Source: Solibacillus sp. | Lineage (GTDB): Bacteria; Bacillota; Bacilli; Bacillales_A; Planococcaceae | Assembly: GCA_045640265.1 (NCBI GenBank) | Contig: JAZUES010000123.1 | Location: forward strand, 1,873 to 65,872 | Length of the DNA stretch: 64,000 bases | Direction of reading: 5' to 3' | Part shown: piece by piece, positions 19,646 to 28,513 of the stretch | Layout of the letters: each line of letters starts with the position of its first letter | Numbering within the stretch: position 1 is the first letter of the stretch | Program-made: the position numbers and the translations under genes | Notes under the pieces: model-generated | Told to the model about the DNA's origin: nothing | Seen by the model: only the letters and a program-made list of their open reading frames with translations | Database searches by the model: none

Positions 19646-21103
19646 TTGAGCGCATTTATTGAAAGTTATATTTTATTACCTTTAATCATACTCGTTAATA
19701 TCGTATTCGCTTTAGCAGTCATTTTTTTAGAGCGCAAAAAACCATCTTCTACGTGGGCTTGGCTACTCGTGCTGTTTTTCTTACCATTTGTTGGATTTTT
19801 CCTATACTTACTATTAGGTCGACAGCTTAGAAAAAAACATTTATTTCGTTGGGATGGTCAAAAAGATATTGGTATTGAAAAACTCGTTAGCTATCAACTT
19901 GAAGCGATTGAGAAGGATCAACTTGAATTTCGTACAGAACATATGAAAAATTATAACCATCTAATATATATGAATTTAAAAACAAATAATGCAGTATTAA
20001 CACAAGATAATGCTGTGAAAATTTTTGATGATGGTAGCGATAAATTTGAGTCACTTATTCAAGATATTTTGAATGCAAAAAATCATATTCATATTCAGTA
20101 CTATATTTTTAAACTCGATAATTTAGGTCAACGAATTGTAAATGCACTCATAAGAAAGATAAAACAAGGTGTAAAAGTTCGCATTTTGTATGATGAAATG
20201 GGTTCTCGCGGCGTTAGGAAGCGTCACTTCAAGGAACTCATAGAATTAGGCGGAGAAGTTGAAGTATTTTTCCCGTCTATATTACCTCTCATTAATCCGC
20301 GTTTAAACTTCCGAAATCACCGTAAGATTGTCGTGATTGATGGGCGTATTGGCTACATCGGTGGCTTTAATGTTGGGGATGAATATATTGGGCTGTCTGA
20401 TCGTTTCGGCTACTGGCGTGATACACACTTACGAGTCGAAGGAAGCTCCGTGCATCCTTTACAAACACGTTTTATCCTTGACTGGAACCAAGCTAGTGCC
20501 AAAAATGATATTGGTTATGCAGAGCGTTATTTCCCTATTATTCCGAAAAAAGGGAATGCAGCACTTCAAATCATTTCTAGTGGACCAGATACCGAATGGG
20601 AAGTCATTAAATATAATTATTTACGTTTAATTGCGAATGCGAAAAAATATATTTATATTCAATCTCCATATTTTATTCCAGACGAATCATTTTTTGACGC
20701 GATTCGGTTAGCATCCTTATCAGGTGTAGATGTACGCATTATGATCCCAAATAAGCCTGACCACATGTTTGTTTTTTGGGCTACATACTCCTATGTCGGT
20801 CAATTCGTAGAAGCAGGAGCAAAAGTATATCATTATGAAAAAGGCTTTATTCATGCCAAAATGATTGTCGTCGATGATGAGGTGGCTTCTGTTGGTACTG
20901 CTAATATTGATGTGCGTAGCTTTAGCTTAAACTTCGAAGTAAATGTAATAATCTATAATGAAGAACTTGCTCATCGATTAGCGGAAATTTTTGAACGCGA
21001 TATTTTAGACTGCTCCGAATTAACAAAAGAACTATATGAAGCTCGTGGAAACGCCGTTAAATTTAAAGAATCCATTTCCCGATTACTTTCCCCAATTTTA
21101 TAA
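19646..21103 (+). CDS. cls: Cardiolipin synthase
   Basis: Two HKD motifs (NHRKIVVIDG, IHAKMIVVDD) and an N-terminal TM hairpin; start uncertain (19637 GTG or 19646 TTG). Confidence 0.95.
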   Translation: MSAFIESYILLPLIILVNIVFALAVIFLERKKPSSTWAWLLVLFFLPFVGFFLYLLLGRQLRKKHLFRWDGQKDIGIEKLVSYQLEAIEKDQLEFRTEHMKNYNHLIYMNLKTNNAVLTQDNAVKIFDDGSDKFESLIQDILNAKNHIHIQYYIFKLDNLGQRIVNALIRKIKQGVKVRILYDEMGSRGVRKRHFKELIELGGEVEVFFPSILPLINPRLNFRNHRKIVVIDGRIGYIGGFNVGDEYIGLSDRFGYWRDTHLRVEGSSVHPLQTRFILDWNQASAKNDIGYAERYFPIIPKKGNAALQIISSGPDTEWEVIKYNYLRLIANAKKYIYIQSPYFIPDESFFDAIRLASLSGVDVRIMIPNKPDHMFVFWATYSYVGQFVEAGAKVYHYEKGFIHAKMIVVDDEVASVGTANIDVRSFSLNFEVNVIIYNEELAHRLAEIFERDILDCSELTKELYEARGNAVKFKESISRLLSPIL

Positions 21104-21107
21104 AAGT

Positions 21108-21149
21108 AAAAGGCAGAGAATTAGGTGTCCCCTACTTTCTCTGCCTTTA
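21108..21149. terminator. Bidirectional terminator
   Basis: aaaggcagagaa...ttctctgccttt between convergent genes. Confidence 0.7.
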
Positions 21150-21152
21150 TTA

Positions 21153-22016
21153 TTAAATCCCTAAATATTCTTCTAATGTGAGACCCGCCTTATAAACCTT
21201 CGTCGCCGTATCTCCTTCTAAATAACGGAAGTGCCAAGACTCATACATAAAGCCTGTTATATCTTCCTTTCCTTCAGGATAACGTAAAATGAAGCCATAT
21301 TTATGGGCATTTTCCACAAGCCATTTTCCAGCAGGTGATTCACCAAATGCACTTGTTAACCATAAATCTTCTTGTCCTTTTTCGCCGATATCAAAAGCAA
21401 GTCCTGATTGATGTTCCGAGTATCCTGGTCGAGCACTATAACGGTCCGCTGCTTCCTTCCCATCACGATTTACATATCGGTCGTAAAGAGTTGTTTGATA
21501 TTCATATGAACGGAAACCACTAAATGCCACTAATTCAATACCTTCATTTTTTGCAGCAGCAGCCATTTTTTCAAAAGCGGCTTTTGCTTTTGGGTCTTCC
21601 CCTTTATTGTATGTTGGAGGTAATGGATTCTTTTTATTTACGATAAGAATACCATTTACATATGTAGGCTCAGTTGCTGGTTGTTGTCCTACAACATAGC
21701 CATTTAGTAATTCAACTTGGTCGTCTGGCTCATTCGTTGTTGCGTCTGTGTCTGGTTTTGCAGCTTGCGTCGGTGAATCAGGGTTATCCCCTTTATCGTT
21801 TGCAGGCGCTTGTTGTGGATTAGAATGTTCATCGGTTGAATCAAGTTCTGTAGTTTGGTGTTTCTCTGAATTTTCCTGCTGAGTAATAGGGGCTTCGTTG
21901 TTTTGTTCTAGTACTGCATATTTGTAATACACTGCTCCGCAAATCGCCACGATAAGTATTGCTGAAATTGATGCAATAAGAGCTATAGGACTTCTTTTTT
22001 TTGATTTAGAATTCAT
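21153..22016 (-). CDS. M15B/VanY-type D-Ala-D-Ala (or L,D-) carboxypeptidase, membrane anchored
   Basis: SGFRSY.YQ, SARPGYSEHQSGLAFD, YE.WHFRY Zn-peptidase motifs; TM anchor plus low-complexity linker; start ATG 22016. Confidence 0.9.
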   Translation of the reverse strand: MNSKSKKRSPIALIASISAILIVAICGAVYYKYAVLEQNNEAPITQQENSEKHQTTELDSTDEHSNPQQAPANDKGDNPDSPTQAAKPDTDATTNEPDDQVELLNGYVVGQQPATEPTYVNGILIVNKKNPLPPTYNKGEDPKAKAAFEKMAAAAKNEGIELVAFSGFRSYEYQTTLYDRYVNRDGKEAADRYSARPGYSEHQSGLAFDIGEKGQEDLWLTSAFGESPAGKWLVENAHKYGFILRYPEGKEDITGFMYESWHFRYLEGDTATKVYKAGLTLEEYLGI

Positions 22017-22066
22017 TTTGTTTCGCCTTCTTTTTAATATCTTTAGTTGCACACGCTTTGTATGTA

Positions 22067-22321
22067 TTAGCCAGCAATCATGATACCTAATACGACAACA
22101 GATAAAATGGCAAAAATAATAGCCATTGTTCGCATCCATTTCGACTCTTTTTCATGACCTTGTTCTTTAAACGTACGTGCTCTGAAAAAGTTCGTTAACG
22201 TAAACATAATCGTCATAGAAAGAATTGCTGCATCCATATTTTGTTTTACGATAAAATACAACGCTGAAAAACTTGCTGCAGCTACTAATATTAGTGAAAT
22301 CACTTTTCCGTTTTTTTTCAT
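22067..22321 (-). CDS. Small hypothetical membrane protein (about 3 TM)
   Basis: RBS AAGGGGA, hydrophobic segments; probably co-transcribed with the carboxypeptidase. Confidence 0.75.
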   Translation of the reverse strand: MKKNGKVISLILVAAASFSALYFIVKQNMDAAILSMTIMFTLTNFFRARTFKEQGHEKESKWMRTMAIIFAILSVVVLGIMIAG

Positions 22322-22567
22322 TGCTATCCCCTTAACTCATCATACTTTCAAATTTTATTTAACTAGTTTGAAGTATAACGCACTTTTACTAAAACTAAAA
22401 ATAGCAAGCTTATTTACGTTTCACACATTTCATAAATAAAGAACCCTACATATCCTATTAGCTGATTGATATACTTTGATGTTTCCCAATCAACTTGTTA
22501 TGTAGAGTTCTTATTATACTTTTTGTTTTATTCAGAAATTTAAGAACAGAATGATTTGCAAATTGAA

Positions 22568-23362
22568 TTATACATTTTCAAATTCAGATTCTGTTATTTC
22601 AAAGCGGAAAAATTCGTGGTGTAGCTCATCACGGAAATGCTTTGGTGTCACATCGGTATATTTTTTGAAAATGCGTGTAAAGTAGCTTTGATTACAGAAA
22701 TGGAACTGCTCAGAAATCGATGTAATACTCTTATTTGTATGACGTAAGTAGTATTGAGATTCCTCCACACGACGAACATTTAAGTACTCTACTAATGTAA
22801 TACCTACATGTTCACGGAAAATTCGAGATAAATGGCTCGTACTAATATGGAAGTTTGCTGCAATACTTTCTACCGTCAAATCATTCTCCAGCTCATCATT
22901 GATATACATAATAACCTTATTTACTGTTTGATGACGGAATGTTGGTTGCTTACGATCTGCGATAAAGTACACATAAAAGTCAATTAAATCATCAGCAAAT
23001 TGTAAAAACTCCGCGTCTTTCATTTTGTTTTCTACCATGTCTGCACAGGCTAAATTAAACGCGAATGCTTTTTTCGAAGGCACTTGATTATCTAATAACT
23101 TACGAGCAACAATCGATGACAAAATGATAAAATAATGACGTACTACTTTAATTACTTGTTTACCGAAACGAGCCGATAAAATATCAATAATTTCATGGAG
23201 CGTCTTTTTTGCCTTCGTTACTTCTAAATGATATACCTCAAATAGAAGTTTTGACTCTAACACAAAAAACTCTTCAATCCCTGCATACTGATTGATATTA
23301 TCGATTTCTTGGAAATATCGTTTTGAAATCGTTTCCGAAATTGAATGCTGATGTAGTTGCAT
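22568..23362 (-). CDS. AraC family transcriptional regulator
   Basis: C-terminal double HTH (SHLSRIFREHVG...EYLN..RVE, FCNQSYFTRIFKKYT.VTP). Confidence 0.92.
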   Translation of the reverse strand: MQLHQHSISETISKRYFQEIDNINQYAGIEEFFVLESKLLFEVYHLEVTKAKKTLHEIIDILSARFGKQVIKVVRHYFIILSSIVARKLLDNQVPSKKAFAFNLACADMVENKMKDAEFLQFADDLIDFYVYFIADRKQPTFRHQTVNKVIMYINDELENDLTVESIAANFHISTSHLSRIFREHVGITLVEYLNVRRVEESQYYLRHTNKSITSISEQFHFCNQSYFTRIFKKYTDVTPKHFRDELHHEFFRFEITESEFENV

Positions 23363-23867
23363 AGATTATCCCATCTTTCTTCAGAATAGACATTCTGTTA
23401 TTTGCAAAAAATAACGCAAAAAATTCGCTATGTTGTACAAAGGATCAATAAAGAAACCTTTATACTTATTTATGTAATTTATATAGATGAAGCTATAATT
23501 CACTTTTTCACAATACAATACTATGTTTTGCATATAATTATTCGATTTATTAGTAACTATAGTGAATATTACCATATTTTGAGTTTTGCTTTCAACCTAA
23601 TTTTAACAATAGTCATAGTTCAAAAAACTCATTCTACTTCCCTTTTTTTGAAAAATTGACAAATTTAAAATTAAATAAGCAAACCCAAAAGACATTATCA
23701 ACTCATTATTTGTAAGCTTTATCCAGTTCTGGTTCCCTTAATAAATCTATTTTTTTAAAATATATTTTTTCTTTTAAAATAAATAAAATCTTCTCAACCT
23801 AAATTCTTTAAATATGTAGTAAAATGGTTCATAATTGTATAAAATGCTTATAAAGAGGTGTAATAGA

Positions 23868-24518
23868 GTGGATCCAAAACAAATCGAAGACATTATGGAA
23901 GTCATTAAAGAATTTTTCCCAGAGAATACGTCAATTGCAATTTCAGATACAAATGAGTATTTATACTACCAACCAAGTAAAAAGGTAGATTTAAAAATTA
24001 AACCTGGCGATCCAATCAAAGAAGGTTCAGCTGCATACAAAGCACTAACGTACGGTCAAAAAATCAATTCGTATATTGAATCTGATGTATTCGGCGTACC
24101 ATACTACGGAATGAGTATCCCTCTAATTGAAGAAGGAGAAACAAAAGGTGCCATTACAGCTATTTTCCCACAGAAACCATCGCCATTTTTAACAAACTAC
24201 ATTACTGTTAAAATCGATGACTGCTGGTACCCAATTAAACATAATCAAGTCATTTACTTAGAAACACAATTACGAAAAACATTCGTTAAAACGATGCATC
24301 GTGAAGGCTATCACCGCTTAAACTTAAGTGATTTAGAGTTATTCCTTGCACCTGACTCATTTATTCGATGCCACCGTTCATACATCGTAAATATCGATTT
24401 CATTGAAGAAATTCAACCAGATTCACATTCGACATTCCTATTAATTATGAAAGACGGTACACGCATTCCTGTTAGCCAACGTTATGCTAGTTATTTCCGT
24501 CGTTCTTTAGGATTCTAA
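23868..24518 (+). CDS. One-component LytTR family regulator (N-terminal sensor domain + LytTR DNA-binding domain)
   Basis: FIRCHRSYIVN and IPVSQRY LytTR motifs; no receiver domain; GTG start after RBS GAGGTG. Confidence 0.9.
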   Translation: MDPKQIEDIMEVIKEFFPENTSIAISDTNEYLYYQPSKKVDLKIKPGDPIKEGSAAYKALTYGQKINSYIESDVFGVPYYGMSIPLIEEGETKGAITAIFPQKPSPFLTNYITVKIDDCWYPIKHNQVIYLETQLRKTFVKTMHREGYHRLNLSDLELFLAPDSFIRCHRSYIVNIDFIEEIQPDSHSTFLLIMKDGTRIPVSQRYASYFRRSLGF

Positions 24519-24528
24519 TAAGTGATAT

Positions 24529-24559
24529 AGCGACTTGCTTAACAGCAAGTCGCTTTTTT
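24529..24559 (+). terminator. Terminator after the LytTR gene
   Basis: agcgacttgc-ttaaca-gcaagtcgct-ttttt. Confidence 0.8.
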
Positions 24560-24615
24560 GTTTTAATCCCGTATAAATCCAGCAATGCCAATTGATCTTT
24601 TTCCCCTCTTTTCCT

Positions 24616-24666
24616 ATCGTTATTGCACAAATCTGCTAAGTTACACCCTAAACATTTTCCGTTAAA
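24616..24666 (+). promoter_or_regulatory. Putative LytTR binding repeats (three 9-mers, 21-bp period)
   Basis: ATCGTTATT (24616), TAAGTTACA (24637), TCCGTTAAA (24658) compared with the LytTR consensus [TA][AC][CA]GTTN[AG][TG]. Confidence 0.5.
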
Positions 24667-24872
24667 TAACATTTTATTGTCGAATTATCGTTTTATTTCT
24701 CTAAAATTCATTTTTTAAGCGCTTTTATGCTATCCGTGGAGATAATGTGACAACTTGATGATATTATTAAGACAACTACCAGTTCATTAGCTGGTAAAAA
24801 AAACAGAAAATTCTTCTAATATTTCCTGTTCGCTCTTAACCATCAAAATTTTTTTAGGGGAGGATTTTTATA

Positions 24873-26393
24873 ATGGATCCACGAGTTGAGAAACGTTTAG
24901 GTTTAAAACAATTAGCAGATAAAGTTATGTCTGCACAAGAAGCTGCTGCTTTAATTGAAGACGGTAGTGTAGTAGGTATGTCAGGCTTTACTCGCGCTGG
25001 AGATGCAAAAGTTGTCCCAATGGCATTAGTAGAGCGCGCTAAAAATGAAAAATTCAAAATTGATGTATATACAGGGGCTTCATTAGGTCCTGAAGTTGAT
25101 AACCACTTAGCAGCTGCTGGTGTTATTAACAAACGTAGTCCTTTCCAAGGTGACCGCGTAATGCGTGGTTTAATCAACGCTGGTGAAATTTCTTACGTGG
25201 ATGCTCACCTTTCTCATAATGCTGAATTAGTTCGTCAAGGTATTATCGGACCTATCAAGCATGCAATCATTGAAGCAGTAGCTATTACAGAAGACGGTGA
25301 AATTATCCCAACAACTTCTGTTGGTAACTCTCCAATCTTTGCTCAATATGCAGAAAACATCATTGTCGAGCTAAACATTGCTCATCCAGAAACAATGATC
25401 GGTATTCACGACATCTATGTTCCTGGTGAACAAGGTAAGCGTGAACCATTACCTATAACAAGTGCTGAACAACGCATTGGTACAAAAGGTATCAAAGTTG
25501 ACCCAGCTAAAATCCAAGCAATCGTTATTTCTGAAGAGCCAGATGCGCCTTCATTAATTGTTCCTCCAGATGAGGAAACACAAACAATGGCTAACCACTT
25601 ATTAGATTTCTTCCGTTCTGAAATCAAAGCGGGTCGTTTAACGAATGAATTAATGCCATTACAATCGGGTGTAGGTTCTGTAGCAAATGCTGTATTAGAT
25701 GGCTTTGCTGATTCAGAATTCGAAAACCTAGTCGTATCTTCTGAAGTATTACAAGATGCTGTATTCAACTTAATCGACGCTGGTAAAGTTAAATTTGCAG
25801 CTGCAACTTCAATTACTTTAACTGAAGAATTACAACAAAAAGTTTATGGCAACTTAGAAAAATATGCTGACAAAATTTTATTACGTCCACAAGAAATCTC
25901 TAACCACCCAGAGCTTATCCGTCGTTTAGGTTTAATCTCTATCAATACTGCTCTTGAGTTAGACATTTATGGTAACGTAAACTCTACACACGTTTCAGGT
26001 ACAAAAATGATGAACGGTATCGGTGGTTCTGGTGACTTCGCGCGTAACGCTCGTCTTGGTATCTTCGTAACGAAATCATACGCTAAAGGTGGCGCGATTT
26101 CTTCAATCGTACCAATGGTTTCTCACGTAGATCACACTGAACATGATGTAGATGTAATCGTAACTGAACAAGGTATTGCTGACTTACGTGGCTTATCTCC
26201 AAAAGAACGTGTACCTTTAATTATCAAAAACTGTGTACACCCTGATTACAAAGAGCAATTATGGGATTACTACAACCGTGCTGTTGAAGCAACAGGTAAC
26301 GCTCAAACTCCTCACATCTTAGAGGAAGCTCTTTCTTGGCACGTAAACCTTGCTAAAAACAAAACAATGAAAATAGACGTTACTAAAGCGTAA
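24873..26393 (+). CDS. Acetyl-CoA hydrolase / succinate(acetate) CoA-transferase (AarC/Ach1/Cat1 family)
   Basis: GMSGFTRAG, D.HLSH, PLQSGVGSVANAV, SEVLQD catalytic Glu, LRPQEISNHPE, MMNGIGGSGDF; strongly biased codon usage. Confidence 0.93.
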   Translation: MDPRVEKRLGLKQLADKVMSAQEAAALIEDGSVVGMSGFTRAGDAKVVPMALVERAKNEKFKIDVYTGASLGPEVDNHLAAAGVINKRSPFQGDRVMRGLINAGEISYVDAHLSHNAELVRQGIIGPIKHAIIEAVAITEDGEIIPTTSVGNSPIFAQYAENIIVELNIAHPETMIGIHDIYVPGEQGKREPLPITSAEQRIGTKGIKVDPAKIQAIVISEEPDAPSLIVPPDEETQTMANHLLDFFRSEIKAGRLTNELMPLQSGVGSVANAVLDGFADSEFENLVVSSEVLQDAVFNLIDAGKVKFAAATSITLTEELQQKVYGNLEKYADKILLRPQEISNHPELIRRLGLISINTALELDIYGNVNSTHVSGTKMMNGIGGSGDFARNARLGIFVTKSYAKGGAISSIVPMVSHVDHTEHDVDVIVTEQGIADLRGLSPKERVPLIIKNCVHPDYKEQLWDYYNRAVEATGNAQTPHILEEALSWHVNLAKNKTMKIDVTKA

Positions 26394-26413
26394 TTAGCTT
26401 AATTTTTAAATTT

Positions 26414-26449
26414 AAAGGCCATGAGATCATTAGGATCTCATGGCCTTTT
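26414..26449. terminator. Bidirectional terminator
   Basis: aaaggccatgagatc-attag-gatctcatggccttt. Confidence 0.85.
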
Positions 26450-26450
26450 A

Positions 26451-26774
26451 TTATTCGTTGTGTTGTTTATAATTGTAATCATTAATCGTCTTTTGCGCGC
26501 CACCTTCACTTATGAACTTGTTCTCGTCGACTTGTAGCGGATTGGCAGCCGCTTCAGCAATATCTGCAATAACACCTATTTCGTTGCTTACTTCCATGTT
26601 GGCAGATGCGCCTTGGAAGTTTGACTTTTGTTCATTCATTGCATTTGTGGTCTTCATTTTAGCTGCATTAATAAAATCCATCGCTTTATCACGATTTTCC
26701 TTTTTACGTAAGAACGATGCAGCTCCTGCTAATAGACCTGCTACTACGACACCTTTACCTTTTAATTTTGCCAT
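26451..26774 (-). CDS. Hypothetical protein, probable SigB general-stress protein
   Basis: RBS GGAGGG; N-terminal G/A-rich hydrophobic stretch then ENRDKA; SigB promoter upstream. Confidence 0.75.
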   Translation of the reverse strand: MAKLKGKGVVVAGLLAGAASFLRKKENRDKAMDFINAAKMKTTNAMNEQKSNFQGASANMEVSNEIGVIADIAEAAANPLQVDENKFISEGGAQKTINDYNYKQHNE

Positions 26775-26816
26775 CTTAACATCCCTCCAAAATCACTTCA
26801 TATGTCCATATTTATA

Positions 26817-26841
26817 TTTCCCTAAATAACTTTTTTAAAAC
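26817..26841 (-). promoter_or_regulatory. SigB promoter
   Basis: Minus strand GTTTTA-N13-GGGAAA, consensus match. Confidence 0.75.
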
Positions 26842-26926
26842 TTATAAATTAAGATTAAAATATTCGTTTTTTGGATAAATTATACATAAGTTTTGATACT
26901 ACTACGAAATAAAAGGAGTACTGCCT

Positions 26927-27028
26927 ATGCAAAATAAAGATATCGGCTATGAATGGACAGAGATTATGGCTCTTATCGGTGTCGCTTCTATTCTGACTGC
27001 TATTATTTCTCTTTTTGTTACCATTTAA
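26927..27028 (+). CDS. Small single-TM protein (33 aa, not in ORF track)
   Basis: AAAGGAG RBS, 8 nt, then ATG; MQNKDIGYEWTEIMALIGVASILTAIISLFVTI*; followed by a hairpin (about 27040-27078). Confidence 0.65.
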   Translation: MQNKDIGYEWTEIMALIGVASILTAIISLFVTI

Positions 27029-27083
27029 TTTTATATAAAAGAGGCTAGCCGGAATTGAAGTTATCCGATTAGCCTCTTCATTT

Positions 27084-27365
27084 TTATGCTTTTATATCAT
27101 CGTATGCATCACTTTTTTCAAATGCTGATACGACATATGAACAAATGGCATTCATTTTGTAATTGTTTTTTCGCGCATAATCTGCCGCTGCATTTAACAA
27201 CTTTTGGGCTACCCCTTGCCCTCTTAGTGCATCAGAAACATATGTGTGATTCATGTTCATGACACCCTCACGCAATTCCCATGTAATTTCTGCAATACGT
27301 TCCCCATCTACACTGTACTCAAATGCACCATGATTATTTCCTTTATCACTGTACGTAAATTCCAT
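27084..27365 (-). CDS. Short GNAT acetyltransferase (YjdJ-like)
   Basis: HTYVSDALRGQGVA and CSYV motifs. Confidence 0.9.
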   Translation of the reverse strand: MEFTYSDKGNNHGAFEYSVDGERIAEITWELREGVMNMNHTYVSDALRGQGVAQKLLNAAADYARKNNYKMNAICSYVVSAFEKSDAYDDIKA

Positions 27366-27387
27366 ATGTTTTCCTCCCTCTTTGTGT

Positions 27388-27438
27388 CTTCAATTTAAAA
27401 TGCAATTAGCGGGATGAAGAAAGTCCCACCGATTGAAG
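27388..27438. repeat. REP-like palindromic element
   Basis: cttcaat...caattagcggga-tgaagaaag-tcccaccgattg-aag, a GC-richer nested hairpin with no U-tail; single copy in this window. Confidence 0.35.
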
Positions 27439-27450
27439 TTTCCTTAATGA

Positions 27451-28371
27451 TTAATCTTTTGAAAACCATGATGAAAGTGTATCAATCAGATTCGTGAAAA
27501 AGTTTTTTACACTTTGCCAGAAGCCCTCATCTTCTAGAATAGCGCCAAATTTTTCTTCGAATTTTGAGCTTAGATCAGTTAATTGAGAAGATAATTTGCT
27601 AAAATCAATGTTTAAATTACTAATACGGTCCATCAAATCAACTAACAATTGACGGTCTTTATCACTTAAATTAATTTGGAATTTATCTAATTGGTCTTCT
27701 ACAATTTTTTGTACTTCTTCTTTTGATTCTGGTTTGTTTTCAGCAATCGCTTTTTTAATTTGCGTTAATAGCTCTGCTACTTGTGCATCAGATACACCTG
27801 CTGATTCTGCAAGTGAAGTCGCAACAGATAATTCATCGTTCGCAACGTCTGTACGTTCGATATCTAATGTTTCCCCTGTTTTCACTTCATATGCTTTATA
27901 TATACCTACTAACGCAGAGTGACCTGTTACTGGTTTAGGCGCTGCAATTTCTACAACGGCATCTTCAATACCAGCTGTTAACATGGCACTCGCATACATT
28001 TCAGATGTTACTTGTGTAATATTATCGGGTGTAACGATACTTATTGTTAAGCCCTTACCTTCGTCTTGGCGCGTTATTTTAGCCGAAGAGAACATACGTG
28101 AACTTGGGTTACTATCTTTAATATACTTTGCTAAATCTTGTCCTGAAATTGTAATTTCATCGACTTCTGTTTCTTGATCAACACGTAACGCGGTTTTGAC
28201 AATTTCTTTTTCATCCTCAGATAAATTACTGCCGTACACGACAATTGGTACTCCTAGTTTTTCATTAATCGGATTTTTTTGTTCCGATGTTGCTGCGAAT
28301 GCATTCATTGGTAATACTACTGATACCATTAGTGCAAGTGCCGCAACAAATGATAGCCATTTTTGTTTCAT
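27451..28371 (-). CDS. ypuA: DUF1002 family secreted protein (YpuA-like)
   Basis: Signal peptide; NITQVT..MYA.A..TAG, AP.PVTG.SAL.GIYKAYE. Confidence 0.85.
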   Translation of the reverse strand: MKQKWLSFVAALALMVSVVLPMNAFAATSEQKNPINEKLGVPIVVYGSNLSEDEKEIVKTALRVDQETEVDEITISGQDLAKYIKDSNPSSRMFSSAKITRQDEGKGLTISIVTPDNITQVTSEMYASAMLTAGIEDAVVEIAAPKPVTGHSALVGIYKAYEVKTGETLDIERTDVANDELSVATSLAESAGVSDAQVAELLTQIKKAIAENKPESKEEVQKIVEDQLDKFQINLSDKDRQLLVDLMDRISNLNIDFSKLSSQLTDLSSKFEEKFGAILEDEGFWQSVKNFFTNLIDTLSSWFSKD

Positions 28372-28450
28372 GTTAAATATGCCCCCTTTACAAATGTACA
28401 ATACCATCTTTACCTATTATGCGTAAAAAAGCTATACATTCATTTAATAG

Positions 28451-28477
28451 TACGTATAAAAAAAGCAAAAGGTTTCC
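28451..28477 (-). promoter_or_regulatory. ECF (SigM/W/X-type) promoter of ypuA
   Basis: Minus strand GGAAAC-N17-CGTA; ypuA is SigM-controlled in B. subtilis. Confidence 0.55.
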
Positions 28478-28513
28478 AACTTCACCCTTTGCTTATCTTA
28501 CTTTATCTTTTAA

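Noticed and set aside
23381-23659. Overlapping 64-aa and 85-aa ORFs between the AraC and LytTR genes
   Set aside because: Ile/Tyr/Asn-rich translation typical of AT-rich non-coding DNA; no RBS.
24777-24803. Hairpin taccagtt/agctggta followed by an A-run, as a possible attenuator
   Set aside because: The tail is on the wrong side for termination on either strand; more likely a 5'-end stabilising stem.
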